Shown here: positions 9,062 to 19,218 of the stretch, piece by piece
Layout of the letters: every line of letters begins with the position of its first letter
Position numbering within the stretch: the stretch's first letter is position 1
Origin: an uncultured Lachnospiraceae bacterium
GTDB taxonomy: Bacteria; Bacillota; Clostridia; Lachnospirales; Lachnospiraceae
Reading direction: 5' to 3'
NCBI GenBank assembly: GCA_947063675.1
Contig: CAMSTM010000001.1
Coordinates: 1 to 62,900, forward strand
Length of the DNA stretch: 62,900 bases
Program-made: the position numbers and the translations under genes
The notes under the pieces: model-generated
What the model saw: the letters and a program-made list of their open reading frames with translations, nothing else
Database searches by the model: none
What the model was told of the DNA's origin: nothing

Positions 9062-9257
9062 ATGGAAAATAAAATTTTATTTGTTGACGGAAGCAATCTT
9101 CTGTTCCAGATGTTCTTCGGAATGCCTTCGCGGATTACCGGCTTTGCCAACCTGGATGCCGATTTCAAATCCCTGGCAGGCGATGCCGCGGACAAAATCA
9201 AAAACCGTCTGTTCAGGCGTCACGGCGATGGAGGTTTTGCGCAGCATCGGGCTATAA
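9062..9257 (+). pseudogene. Collapsed 5'-3' exonuclease / flap endonuclease remnant
   Basis: VDGSNLLFQMFFGMP N-terminus joined to ADFKSLAGDAADKIK (H3TH start). A frameshifted C-terminal-like tail ..AMEVLRSIGL* ends at 9257. Confidence 0.7.
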
Positions 9258-9260
9258 CTT

Positions 9261-11183
9261 TTATCTTATTACAAAGGGATAATACTTTAATGCGAAATAC
9301 AGCCCCCAATCCTGGTCGTTTGCCCACGGGTCATAAAAATGTCCTTTTTTTCCGTTTACCTGTTCCGGAAAAACCATTGCGCAGGACGCTGTCCCTTCCG
9401 CTGTAAAAAGGCTGAGTGGTCCGCGCAGAATCGCTCTTACAGACTCCATGCCGGCGTCTTTTCCCGACACCTGAATATATTTGAGCCAGACTATTCCTGT
9501 CAATGCACTCCAATAGTGGGGATAAGTATCGCCCAGCATCCTGTTTTTCCCAAACCAGTATCCATCCCAGTGACGGATTGCATTTTCAAACTGGTGATAA
9601 TCCGCCTGTCTTGCATGAAAAAGCTTCAAAACCTCCAGCTGCTTTTCCGCCTCCGCAAAATACTTTTTCTCACCGGATACCTGATAAGCCTGAATGAGAC
9701 AGTCAACGGCAGGCGCCACAATACTTTGTTCATAATCCACCTCACATGCCATATAAGCAAGACCTCTTTCCAGTATCCAGTCTCCATGTTCCGTAAGGTA
9801 GCCTCGAATTTCCTCCGCTTCCTTCTTTTTCCCTGTTTCCTGAAGCTTCTGGACAAGTTCCGCTGCCGGAAGCATAATCGGATAAAATTTTCCGCCGCCC
9901 TCCTGATAATATCTGCAAAGCGTACGATATGCATCCGTCAGATACTTTGAGCTCCCATACAAATTGTATAATTCCAGTTGAAAGCATGCGACCCACGGAG
10001 CGTTATACAGTCTCCTGTAATCATTAGCATACCGGATATCATTAAATACTTCCCCCGTATTTTCATCATAAAGCTCACGATATACATATCCGATATATCC
10101 TTCCAGGCTCTCTCTCAGCTTTACATCATCTTTTTCCTGCAGATAACGAGCCATTAAAACGCCCATTCCGACTCTTTCTCTGCCTCCATTATAATCATTT
10201 CTGTGATGATAATATATCCTGCCTTCCTCTGTGTCGTAAATGAGGTATGCGCCTTTCAGCGAATCTGCTTTTCCGTTATATTGCTGGTTGCGCGCAATAA
10301 ATCGGCATCTCTTTTCAGCAAGTATTCCCGGCTCTTCGCTAACATAAAACAGGGCGCACAGTTTTTTGTCCCCTATACGGATTTCAAAAGGCATCTCCCC
10401 TGTCTTCTCCGGAGAATACCTGCAGGCTGCAAAAAGAAGATTTCCCTCCCGCCTTTGGACAGACGGAATTTCTCTGCCCCCGCTTTTTACGCTCACCGGT
10501 TCCTTCCCGTCTGCCTGCACCGTTACCTGAAACCTGATTTGCTCCCCTCTTAAAACAGTGCATTGCTCTGTTTCCAGTACCATGAAATTTTTATGCGCCA
10601 AAAGCTGCTGTTTAAAATCTTCTCTGTTCTGAAACCAGAATAATTCCCATGCGATAATCATACTTTCGCCCGGCATAAGCTCATCCGCTTCAGGATGAAG
10701 AATAAAATCGCCTCTGTCATTACTCAAATTTTCCAGCCGTCCCTGTGTGGTTTCCACACGTTCCTCGCTATAGCCGAAAAGGCTTCCTTTTGTCAGGACA
10801 AGCCCCAGATGCGGGGCCTCGCCGCCCATACGCTGCGCCATTACCCATGATGAATTTCCCCCGCAAAATATATGTGTATGGCATCTCTGCTTCAGGCAGA
10901 CTTCCGCGTTTTCGTAATTATCGTTGAAAGTCGCATAAATTCCTATATCTGTTTTTCCTGTAAAAACCGGAAAATCTGATATATTGGTAAAGCAATAGGT
11001 TTCCTGCAGATTCCCATTGTCCAGAATCTCTCTTTTTACCTCATGGCGGATTTCTTCAGGGCAAAGTACGGTTCCCCATTTATTTTTCCCTTCTGCCCAA
11101 TTCATGTGCCAGGAATCCTGTTTGCTTTCCAGCCGGACGATTCTCCTATCCATATCTTCTCTGAATTTGAATTCACTTTTCAT
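9261..11183 (-). CDS. Putative glycoside hydrolase, (alpha/alpha)6-like, family unassigned
   Basis: Last gene of a sugar ABC operon. Aromatic/acidic motifs EVDYEQ, HWDGYWFGK, GDTYPHYW and ANDQDW; no signal peptide. Confidence 0.6.
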   Translation of the reverse strand: MKSEFKFREDMDRRIVRLESKQDSWHMNWAEGKNKWGTVLCPEEIRHEVKREILDNGNLQETYCFTNISDFPVFTGKTDIGIYATFNDNYENAEVCLKQRCHTHIFCGGNSSWVMAQRMGGEAPHLGLVLTKGSLFGYSEERVETTQGRLENLSNDRGDFILHPEADELMPGESMIIAWELFWFQNREDFKQQLLAHKNFMVLETEQCTVLRGEQIRFQVTVQADGKEPVSVKSGGREIPSVQRREGNLLFAACRYSPEKTGEMPFEIRIGDKKLCALFYVSEEPGILAEKRCRFIARNQQYNGKADSLKGAYLIYDTEEGRIYYHHRNDYNGGRERVGMGVLMARYLQEKDDVKLRESLEGYIGYVYRELYDENTGEVFNDIRYANDYRRLYNAPWVACFQLELYNLYGSSKYLTDAYRTLCRYYQEGGGKFYPIMLPAAELVQKLQETGKKKEAEEIRGYLTEHGDWILERGLAYMACEVDYEQSIVAPAVDCLIQAYQVSGEKKYFAEAEKQLEVLKLFHARQADYHQFENAIRHWDGYWFGKNRMLGDTYPHYWSALTGIVWLKYIQVSGKDAGMESVRAILRGPLSLFTAEGTASCAMVFPEQVNGKKGHFYDPWANDQDWGLYFALKYYPFVIR

Positions 11184-11189
11184 AATTTC

Positions 11190-12023
11190 TTATCCTTTCA
11201 CCGAGCCGCTCATTACACCTCCAATAATAAACCTTTGCATGAATAAATAAAAAACTAACAAAGGCAATGCCCCCAGTACCAGCATTTGAAACAGGCTGGT
11301 CCAATCCGTTGAAAATTGTCCTACATTTCTGTAAATTTCCTGAAGCAATACATCCTTTTCACGTTTTTGCAAAAAATATAAGGGCGTCATGAAATCGTTC
11401 CACAAAGTTAATGCATCCAGAATTGTAATCGTTGCAACAATCGGCTTCATCAAAGGAAACGTGATTGTCCAAAATGTCCGCATAGTGCCTGCACCGTCTA
11501 TTCTCGCCGCCTCCTCAAGCTCCACAGGAATTGTGGATACAAAACTTTTAAACATAAAAACCGCATAAGCCATATTGGCCGCAATATTAATCAAAATTAC
11601 TGCTGAAAGCTTATTCATCATATTTAATCCCTGAATCAGTTTATAAAGGCCGAGAATTGACATCTGTGCCGGAAAGAGCATACCGGATAAAATAAACAGG
11701 AAACCAGCTTTTGCCCACTTTCTTTCCGCTTTCCGGTTCAATGCATACCCCAGCATTGACGCACATATAATAATTCCCGTCACAGAACATACCGTTATGA
11801 CCAGTGTATTGCCGAAGGCTCTGGGATACTGCATTCTTTCAAATGCATTAATATATCCTTTAAAGTCAAAGCTTTCGGGCAATGCCATAGGAGCCCCAGC
11901 TGCCTCTGCTGATGTCTTAAAGGTGGTGACTATCAGGTAATAAACAGGAAGGAGAACCACTGCTGAAAGCAATCCCAGCAGAATATATTTTAATGTCGTT
12001 TGCAGATTATTTTTTTGTGTCAT
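11190..12023 (-). CDS. Carbohydrate ABC transporter permease (MalG-like)
   Basis: EAA loop EEAARIDGAG; WNDF. Confidence 0.9.
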   Translation of the reverse strand: MTQKNNLQTTLKYILLGLLSAVVLLPVYYLIVTTFKTSAEAAGAPMALPESFDFKGYINAFERMQYPRAFGNTLVITVCSVTGIIICASMLGYALNRKAERKWAKAGFLFILSGMLFPAQMSILGLYKLIQGLNMMNKLSAVILINIAANMAYAVFMFKSFVSTIPVELEEAARIDGAGTMRTFWTITFPLMKPIVATITILDALTLWNDFMTPLYFLQKREKDVLLQEIYRNVGQFSTDWTSLFQMLVLGALPLLVFYLFMQRFIIGGVMSGSVKG

Positions 12024-12919
12024 TGTCCCAATCTCCTTTCCCATGTCCCGAACAGACCCAGCAGCACTCTGGATACTATCAGGCTGACAAATAAAAACAT
12101 AATGCCAAAGGCAGCAGCATATCCATAATTTCCGTCCGCAAATTTTGCATACATCAATGTAAGAATGGTATCTGTCTTATGCGCCGGACCTCCTCCGGTC
12201 ATGGATACAACAACATCAAATACCTTCAGCCCGGAAATAATACCGGAAATCAGATTGATTTTGAGAGCCGGTGCAAGCCCCGGAATCGTAATATGCCAGA
12301 ATCTGCGCAAAGTTCCCGCACCGTCAATAGATGCAGCCTCATATAAATCGCTGCTGATACTTTGCAAATTCCCAAGATAAATAACCATAGACCAACCAAA
12401 CCATTGCCACACCTGCGTAAAAATTATGGATGCCAGAGCATATTTCCCATCGCCAAGAAAGTTCACGGTTCCAACGCCTATACGTTTCAGAACCTGATTG
12501 ACAAATCCCAAATCACTGGCCGATAAGAGATATTTCCACAGATATCCCACTACCAGCGTGCTTAAGACTGCCGGACAGAAAAAAGTTGCTCTGAAAAAAT
12601 TCCGTCCTCTGAATTTTGTATTTAGCGCCGCCGATACCGGCAACGCAATCAGACTCTGGAAAAAGACAGTTGCAATTGCATAAATCAGCGCATTTTTGAT
12701 TCCGCCCAGAATTGTCTTATCTCCAAAAATCTTTTTGTAATTATTGAAACCGGTAAAGCTGATATCCGGAGAAAAATTCGTCCAATTGAAAAAACTGTAT
12801 CTGACCGTAAAAAGCAAGGGTACAATAAAAAATACAGTAAAAACACATATACCGGGTATGCTCATAAAAATATACGGCAAGTCGCTCTTTTTTCTTAATC
12901 TGTTATTCATTTTTCTCAT
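12020..12919 (-). CDS. Carbohydrate ABC transporter permease (MalF-like)
   Basis: EAA loop YEAASIDGAG; TGGGP. Confidence 0.9.
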   Translation of the reverse strand: MRKMNNRLRKKSDLPYIFMSIPGICVFTVFFIVPLLFTVRYSFFNWTNFSPDISFTGFNNYKKIFGDKTILGGIKNALIYAIATVFFQSLIALPVSAALNTKFRGRNFFRATFFCPAVLSTLVVGYLWKYLLSASDLGFVNQVLKRIGVGTVNFLGDGKYALASIIFTQVWQWFGWSMVIYLGNLQSISSDLYEAASIDGAGTLRRFWHITIPGLAPALKINLISGIISGLKVFDVVVSMTGGGPAHKTDTILTLMYAKFADGNYGYAAAFGIMFLFVSLIVSRVLLGLFGTWERRLGQ

Positions 12920-12954
12920 CTCCTTTTACCCCGCATTTGCAGGATATTTTTAAA

Positions 12955-12976
12955 AAGAGCTGCCGAAGCAGCTCTT
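12955..12976 (-). terminator. Stem-loop after the solute-binding protein gene (partial terminator or mRNA stabiliser)
   Basis: AAGAGCTGC-TTCG-GCAGCTCTT followed by a short T run on the minus strand. Confidence 0.7.
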
Positions 12977-12988
12977 ATCCGATAATCT

Positions 12989-14320
12989 CTACTCATAACG
13001 AATGGATTCCGCCTTACTGTCCAGTGCCTGCAGGAATCCGCTCACATCAAGGTCTCCCGATACCAGCCCCTGAATCTGGGAATTGATTTCGTCAATCAGA
13101 GACTGTGAAGGCATATTCACACTCCATCTGTCCCAACAGCATGCAATTCTTCCTTTTTCCAGCGCATCCACAACATTTTCATATTCCTGTGGAAGTCCCG
13201 TATTGACTCCCTCACGATAGGTACTGCTTCCCGCATTTTCATCAATAAATGCCTGCTGTACCTCAACACTCGCAAGCGCTTCCATTACTTTCATTGCGCC
13301 TTCCTTATTATCTGTATTAACATTGATTCCCCAGCTTGCCGCCGGTCCGCCGACCAGATAATTGCTTTCTGCTTTTTCTCCTGCAAAGGGCATTACGCCA
13401 AAGGAAATACCGGCTTCTTTAAAATTGTTATACTCCCATGGCCCAGTAAAAAACATAGCGGCTTTTCCTGTCATGAATGCTTCTTTTGCCTGTTCTCCGG
13501 ATATTCCCACCATATCGGATGTTATATATCCATTCTCTACCAGCTTCATCCAGTTTTCCATATAGGGGGTCAGAGTTCCATCCATTTTTGCGGTTCCGAT
13601 TGCAAAATTGTAATCAAAATCTTTTCCTTCTTCCGTCACTTCATAAAAATTGGATTCCATAAATCCGGAAAACGCATGCAATCCGTTGTCGCTGTCTGCC
13701 AGCCCCATGGAAAGGGGTGCAATCCCACTATCGTTTAACTTCTTACATACATCTAAAAACTCGTCAAAAGTCTGCGGCACAGCGGTAATTCCTGCCTGTT
13801 CAAACAAATCCGTATTATAGAAAACTCCTGCGAACCACCCATAACACGGAATGCCATAAATCTTTCCATCCATGGAGCAAAGTGCCAGTCCGTCCTTGCT
13901 GAATCCGTCCGCAAGCCCGGTATCTGTAATTTCCATTACATTCTCCGCCTTGATTCTTGCCGGGAAATTAGCACCATCCGCGATAATATCGGGGCCTTCT
14001 CCAGACGCCAGCTGCGTACTCAATACATTATTGTAATCTGCATTTGACACAAAAGTATATTCTACAACATACTCTCCGTTTAACTGCGTATTGATTGCTT
14101 CGATTACGCTGTCCATCGTCCCTTCTTCATACCAGCACATCATTGTAATCGTATTGTCGCCAGATGTTTGTCTTTCGGAGCTGTCGCTGCTACTGCTGCC
14201 ATTGTCGTTATCGCTGGCATCGACAACGGTGCTGCTACCGTCGGCCTGATTCCCGCACCCTGCAACCGCCACAGATAACATTACGGCTGCAAGCAAAATA
14301 CCTACTATTTTTTTCCTCAT
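12989..14320 (-). CDS. Sugar ABC solute-binding lipoprotein
   Basis: Lipobox VAGC, Ser-rich linker, and GPDI, YGIP, YNTDLF motifs. Confidence 0.9.
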   Translation of the reverse strand: MRKKIVGILLAAVMLSVAVAGCGNQADGSSTVVDASDNDNGSSSSDSSERQTSGDNTITMMCWYEEGTMDSVIEAINTQLNGEYVVEYTFVSNADYNNVLSTQLASGEGPDIIADGANFPARIKAENVMEITDTGLADGFSKDGLALCSMDGKIYGIPCYGWFAGVFYNTDLFEQAGITAVPQTFDEFLDVCKKLNDSGIAPLSMGLADSDNGLHAFSGFMESNFYEVTEEGKDFDYNFAIGTAKMDGTLTPYMENWMKLVENGYITSDMVGISGEQAKEAFMTGKAAMFFTGPWEYNNFKEAGISFGVMPFAGEKAESNYLVGGPAASWGINVNTDNKEGAMKVMEALASVEVQQAFIDENAGSSTYREGVNTGLPQEYENVVDALEKGRIACCWDRWSVNMPSQSLIDEINSQIQGLVSGDLDVSGFLQALDSKAESIRYE

Positions 14321-14434
14321 TATTTTCCTCCTTTAAATGTCCTGTTTAATGTTTCTGATTTTTATTTTACGTTTGCCCTTCTTCTTTTCCTATCCAAAAT
14401 TTTTTCAATTTATATCACTTTTTTCGCATGATAT

Positions 14435-14466
14435 AAAAAACCTGCAAAAATACTATTCTGCAGGTT
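14435..14466 (-). terminator. Rho-independent terminator of the TCS operon
   Basis: AACCTGCA...TGCAGGTT stem followed by a T tract on the minus strand. Confidence 0.55.
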
Positions 14467-14478
14467 CCTTCCTGTTAT

Positions 14479-16113
14479 TTACGTTTCCTGAAGCATTTGG
14501 TTTTTCAGGCGAATCATTGATGTAGTTCCGTTTGTATCGGCTGATACTGTCAAACCGTATTCTGTACCGAACAACAGCTTAATTCTTTTATCCACATTTC
14601 CCGTTCCATATCCATAATTTTCCTTTTTCAGTATCCCTTTTCCTATTTTCCCGTATAAGGACTTTCCGTTATCAAAAACCTTTAAAATCAGCTCCTCCCC
14701 TTTGCATTCCGCTGATATCCGGATTTCCCCGTTTTCTTTTTCCAACTGATTAATGCCGTGCTCAATTGCATTTTCCACCAGAGGTTGTAAAATGAAAGTT
14801 GGAATCTTTATATCCATCATACTTTCATCTACAGCATAGCTAACCCCAAAAGCCTTTTCATGGGCACATAAAACGAGATGAATATATGCCCGAATATTTT
14901 CCATTTCCACGCGCAGGGCATCTACCGTTTTCCCTTTGTTCAGCGCTGTTCGGTAAAACACCGCCATCTCTGTCACAATCTCCGAAATTTTTTCTTCTCC
15001 GCAGTCAATTGCAAGCCAGTTAATTACAGAAAGATTATTATAAAGAAAATGAGGACTTATTTTTGACTGCAGTAGATTTAATTCCAGCCTCTGACGTTCG
15101 ATTTCCTTATCATACACCTGATGAATAAGGCTTTTGATACGGCTTAGCATTTCCCGAATACTTTCCGATAAAATATGAATCTCATATATGCCTGACGGGG
15201 GCTGCTCTGCATCCAGATTTCCATTTTGAACCTCATTTACAGACTCCACCAGTAAATTCAGGTCTCTGACCAGAAAACGGGATAAAAAGCGCATACTCAA
15301 AAGCGCTAAGGTAAGAACAATACAGATTACTATCATGGGAGCTCCCAGTCCCCAAAAAGGATTCTGATGATAGTAGCCCTTATCAATCTTATAGTCCAGA
15401 AGCCATCCCGTGTCTCCCCATTCCAGTTTTTTTATCAGTCCGCTTTTTTCAAAATATCCGCCTGTCGTATATTCACATATGGATTCTCCATCGTCCCAAA
15501 CCGTAATTATGGCCGGAACATTTTCCAGCATGGACAGCTTGTCAGAAAAGGCGCTCTCCTTTATCTCAATTACAAGTACGCCGATTACTTTAACCGGATA
15601 TGTCGTTGTGATTTTTTTTCCGACATAAAAGCGATGGTTTTGATGCCACCATTTAATACCTGAAGTAGCTAAAATATCCTTATACCATTTCTCCTCCCTG
15701 ACCTCTCGCGAATTTTCCAGAAGATTAGACATTGCGCTGGACTCTTTATCAGTGTAAACTGTTATCTTCTCATAATCCCGAGTGGATAAAAGCACCCCGT
15801 ATAAAACTGTGCTGACAACCCTTGCGCTCTGGTTTACAGCCACATATTGGCTCTCGTCCATCTGCAAAAATTCCTGAAGCGTATAATTCGCCGCCAGATA
15901 CCGCACGGAGCTCTCACATTGCTTTGCCCAGCTGTCCAGATTTTGCTGATTCTGCTGAATCAGATTCATACTTTCTGTCATACGCTGCTCCTGAATATAC
16001 TGGTGCGCAGAATAAAAAATAAATCCTCCAAGAAAAAGAACCGGAATCATAATTACCAGAATAAATGACTGAATTAATTGTCTCCAAAACGATTTTTTTC
16101 TTGTTTTATCCAT
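14479..16113 (-). CDS. YesM/LytS-type sensor histidine kinase
   Basis: Two TM segments, HAMP, SKISPHFLYNNL and LQPLVENAIEHG. Confidence 0.9.
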   Translation of the reverse strand: MDKTRKKSFWRQLIQSFILVIMIPVLFLGGFIFYSAHQYIQEQRMTESMNLIQQNQQNLDSWAKQCESSVRYLAANYTLQEFLQMDESQYVAVNQSARVVSTVLYGVLLSTRDYEKITVYTDKESSAMSNLLENSREVREEKWYKDILATSGIKWWHQNHRFYVGKKITTTYPVKVIGVLVIEIKESAFSDKLSMLENVPAIITVWDDGESICEYTTGGYFEKSGLIKKLEWGDTGWLLDYKIDKGYYHQNPFWGLGAPMIVICIVLTLALLSMRFLSRFLVRDLNLLVESVNEVQNGNLDAEQPPSGIYEIHILSESIREMLSRIKSLIHQVYDKEIERQRLELNLLQSKISPHFLYNNLSVINWLAIDCGEEKISEIVTEMAVFYRTALNKGKTVDALRVEMENIRAYIHLVLCAHEKAFGVSYAVDESMMDIKIPTFILQPLVENAIEHGINQLEKENGEIRISAECKGEELILKVFDNGKSLYGKIGKGILKKENYGYGTGNVDKRIKLLFGTEYGLTVSADTNGTTSMIRLKNQMLQET

Positions 16114-17650
16114 TCAGCAGAATCCTTTCTCTGTATTTTGCCGGACTGTATCCCGTATTGTTACGGAACAGGGCTATAAAATAAGATGTATTCAGATAAC
16201 CGACCTTTTCGGCCACATCTCCCACTCTGATATTTGTAGTTTCCAAAAGCTCTTTTGCTTTCTCAATTCTGTAATTTGATATATATTTTACTATATTGCA
16301 CCCCGTTTCAACCTTGAACAGTGTGCTCAGATACGCCGCCGTAATGTGAAGTTCATCCGCCACCATGGATACGCCAAGAGTATATTCCTGATAATTATCA
16401 TGGATAAAGCTTCTTGCAAGCGCCACCAACCGGCCTTCCTCTTCTCTGTCCCCCTGTGTTTTTTCCAGTTCGTTAAGAAGTCTGAAAACTGCATTTTTTA
16501 CCTGCCTAATCGAATTAGAACCATAAATATCCTCAACAACCTCCATCATACATTCCTTTTTGTTAAGAACTTCACAACATCTCTTGATTCCTTCCGAAAA
16601 GGTGTATTTTACGTAAATAGAGCTAAAGCCGGACTTTTTTTCAATATATGTGAATGCCTTTTCAAATTCTCTTTTCATTCCATTAAAATCTTCCAGCCTG
16701 GCACAGGTCTCCACTTTTTTGAAATACAACGAAAGCATATCGCTTTGATTTTTCACAAATCCTATCTGATTATCTAAAAAATAGGTACTCTCTGACACAA
16801 AAAACTGATAATCCAGTTGTTCCTGAATCCTTCTGTATTCCGCTCTCAAATCTCCTGATGACCGACAGCTTCCTCCCACGACAATGAAAACCGCAGACTG
16901 ATACTTCTGCCTTGATATAAGAATCAGTTTCTCACATATTTCTTCCGTTTTCCTTAGAGTCCGCAATAGTTCTCTGGGCACAAGCAAAAGAGTCTGCGTA
17001 TCATCCTTATTTACAACAATGGTTTCCGGCCTGAACAGTTCACGCAAATCATTTTCATAATTTTCCCAGTATCTTGCAAATGAGCTGGAATAGCTGGACA
17101 GTATTATCGGAACAACTTCCCCTCCAGCAAAAATTTTATCTTCAATTTCTGTTATATCGTCTGTTTCTATTTCCAGATATCGCAACAGATGTCGGTAAAA
17201 TTTCGTATCTTCCACTGATTTTAATGTCTTTTTTAATATCTCATTCTCTGCTTTCTGCTTTTCCCTTGCGTCGCAGATTGCAACAACCTTGTTAAATAAT
17301 GCCTGAAACTCACCCAGCTTAATAGGTTTAAGAAGGTATTGCATTACTCCAAGCGCAATTGCATTCTGAGCATATTCAAATTCCCCATATGCACTGTAAA
17401 TAATACATACCGGGTTCCAACCGTTTTTATGTACCTGCCCTATTAATTCCATTCCTGTCATAACCGGCATTTTAATATCCGTGAGCAAAATATCTATCTG
17501 CGTATTTTTCATGATTTCAAGAGCCTCACGTCCGTCTTGCGCCTGATAAATATCCAGTTCGTACTGATACCGTCTGATAAGCTTTTCAATTCCATTACGC
17601 TCTCTTGATTCATCGTCTACAATTAAAATACGATATTTCCTCATCTCCAA
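16106..17650 (-). CDS. YesN-type response regulator (REC + AraC HTH)
   Basis: ILIVDDE, TDIKMP and YLLKP; C-terminal AraC signature. Confidence 0.9.
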   Translation of the reverse strand: MEMRKYRILIVDDESRERNGIEKLIRRYQYELDIYQAQDGREALEIMKNTQIDILLTDIKMPVMTGMELIGQVHKNGWNPVCIIYSAYGEFEYAQNAIALGVMQYLLKPIKLGEFQALFNKVVAICDAREKQKAENEILKKTLKSVEDTKFYRHLLRYLEIETDDITEIEDKIFAGGEVVPIILSSYSSSFARYWENYENDLRELFRPETIVVNKDDTQTLLLVPRELLRTLRKTEEICEKLILISRQKYQSAVFIVVGGSCRSSGDLRAEYRRIQEQLDYQFFVSESTYFLDNQIGFVKNQSDMLSLYFKKVETCARLEDFNGMKREFEKAFTYIEKKSGFSSIYVKYTFSEGIKRCCEVLNKKECMMEVVEDIYGSNSIRQVKNAVFRLLNELEKTQGDREEEGRLVALARSFIHDNYQEYTLGVSMVADELHITAAYLSTLFKVETGCNIVKYISNYRIEKAKELLETTNIRVGDVAEKVGYLNTSYFIALFRNNTGYSPAKYRERILLNG

Positions 17651-17782
17651 ACCCTGTCGCTTTCTATAGATAAACCTTTTCCTGTCTTAATTCATAATAC
17701 ACTGGTACTCTGAAAAAATCCATGTTAAGATATCCTTATATCACAATTTCCGACAATTGGCATTTATACGGAGGCACTCAAA

Positions 17783-19159
17783 ATGGAAGATACCCAAAAA
17801 ACAGAACTGTTTGAAAAGCTACCCGTCCCGAAGGCGGTCATGAAACTGGCAATCCCTACCATCATCAGTTCTCTGGTTATGGTAATCTATAATCTTGCGG
17901 ACACTTATTTCGTGGGAATGCTTGGCGACCCCATCCAGAACGCGGCAGTCACACTGGCTGCTCCGGTGCTTCTCGCGTTCAACGCGGTTAACAATCTGTT
18001 CGGGGTAGGTTCCTCCAGCATGATGAGCCGGGGACTTGGAAGAAAGGATTATGACACTGTTTACCGCAGTTCCGCCATGGGATTTTACTGCTCGCTGATT
18101 TCCGGGCTTTTGTTTTCGGCATTTTATACGGCATTCCATACGCCCCTGTTAAGCGTGCTTGGGGCCGATGGCGGAACAGTCGGCGCAACCGCGAATTACC
18201 TGAAATGGACGGTAAGCTTCGGCGCGGCTCCCGCCATACTGAACGTGGTTATGGCCTATCTCGTGCGGGCGGAGGGTTCCTCCCTTCACGCCAGCATCGG
18301 CACTATGAGCGGATGTCTTTTGAATATTATTCTCGACCCCATATTTATTCTTCCATGGGGTCTTAACATGGGAGCGGAAGGGGCCGGCCTTGCCACCTTT
18401 TTATCCAACTGTGTGGCCTGCATTTATTTCTTTGTCCTGCTTTACAGGAAAAAAGAACACACCTATGTCTGCATCAGGCCCTCCATGGTGCGCTTTAACA
18501 AAGCCATTGTTATGGGGATTCTGGGAGTCGGCATTCCCGCTTCCATTCAAAATCTCCTGAACGTAACGGGTATGACCGTGCTGAACAATTTCACCGCCTC
18601 TTACGGTGCGGACGCCGTTGCCGCAATGGGTATTGTCCAGAAAGTCAACATGGTTCCCATGCAGGCGGCCATGGGATTTGCCCAGGGCATTATGCCGCTT
18701 ATCAGCTACAGCTATGCCGGCAAAAACGTTTCCCGCATGAAAGAAACTCTCTTTTTCACCGTAAAGCTCACACTGTCTTTCCTTGTAGCCGTTTCCGTGA
18801 TTTACTATCTCGGCGCCGGCTTCTTTACCTCGCTTTTTATGAAAAACGCCGTTATTGTGGATTATGGAACCCGACTGCTTCGCGGCCTTTGCCTTGGCAT
18901 CCCCTTTTTGTGCATGGACTTTATTGCGGTGGGCGTGTTCCAGGCATGCGGGCTTGGCAAAAAGGCTCTCCTCTTTGCCGTGCTCCGCAAAATTGTGCTG
19001 GAAATCCCCGCACTTTTTATCCTGAATTACCTGTTCCCGCTCTACGGGCTTGCCTATGCCCAGATGACTGCCGAAATCATTTTATCCGTTGCCGCAGTTA
19101 TCGTGCTGCGCCGTATTTTCAAACAGCTTGAAAAGGAAACTTCCCCGGCGAAAGCCTGA
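17783..19159 (+). CDS. MATE family efflux transporter (MepA-like)
   Basis: YNLADTYFV and NIILDPIFI..GAEGAGLAT motifs; about 12 TM. Confidence 0.9.
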   Translation: MEDTQKTELFEKLPVPKAVMKLAIPTIISSLVMVIYNLADTYFVGMLGDPIQNAAVTLAAPVLLAFNAVNNLFGVGSSSMMSRGLGRKDYDTVYRSSAMGFYCSLISGLLFSAFYTAFHTPLLSVLGADGGTVGATANYLKWTVSFGAAPAILNVVMAYLVRAEGSSLHASIGTMSGCLLNIILDPIFILPWGLNMGAEGAGLATFLSNCVACIYFFVLLYRKKEHTYVCIRPSMVRFNKAIVMGILGVGIPASIQNLLNVTGMTVLNNFTASYGADAVAAMGIVQKVNMVPMQAAMGFAQGIMPLISYSYAGKNVSRMKETLFFTVKLTLSFLVAVSVIYYLGAGFFTSLFMKNAVIVDYGTRLLRGLCLGIPFLCMDFIAVGVFQACGLGKKALLFAVLRKIVLEIPALFILNYLFPLYGLAYAQMTAEIILSVAAVIVLRRIFKQLEKETSPAKA

Positions 19160-19218
19160 TTTTATATGCAGGTTTTCCTGTTTCTGCTTCCGGCAACGCC
19201 CGCATGAGGGAAGCCATA

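Noticed and set aside
9062-9406. 114-aa ORF as an intact protein
   Set aside because: Only about the first 47 codons resemble a nuclease; the rest is out of frame and overlaps the convergent glycosidase.
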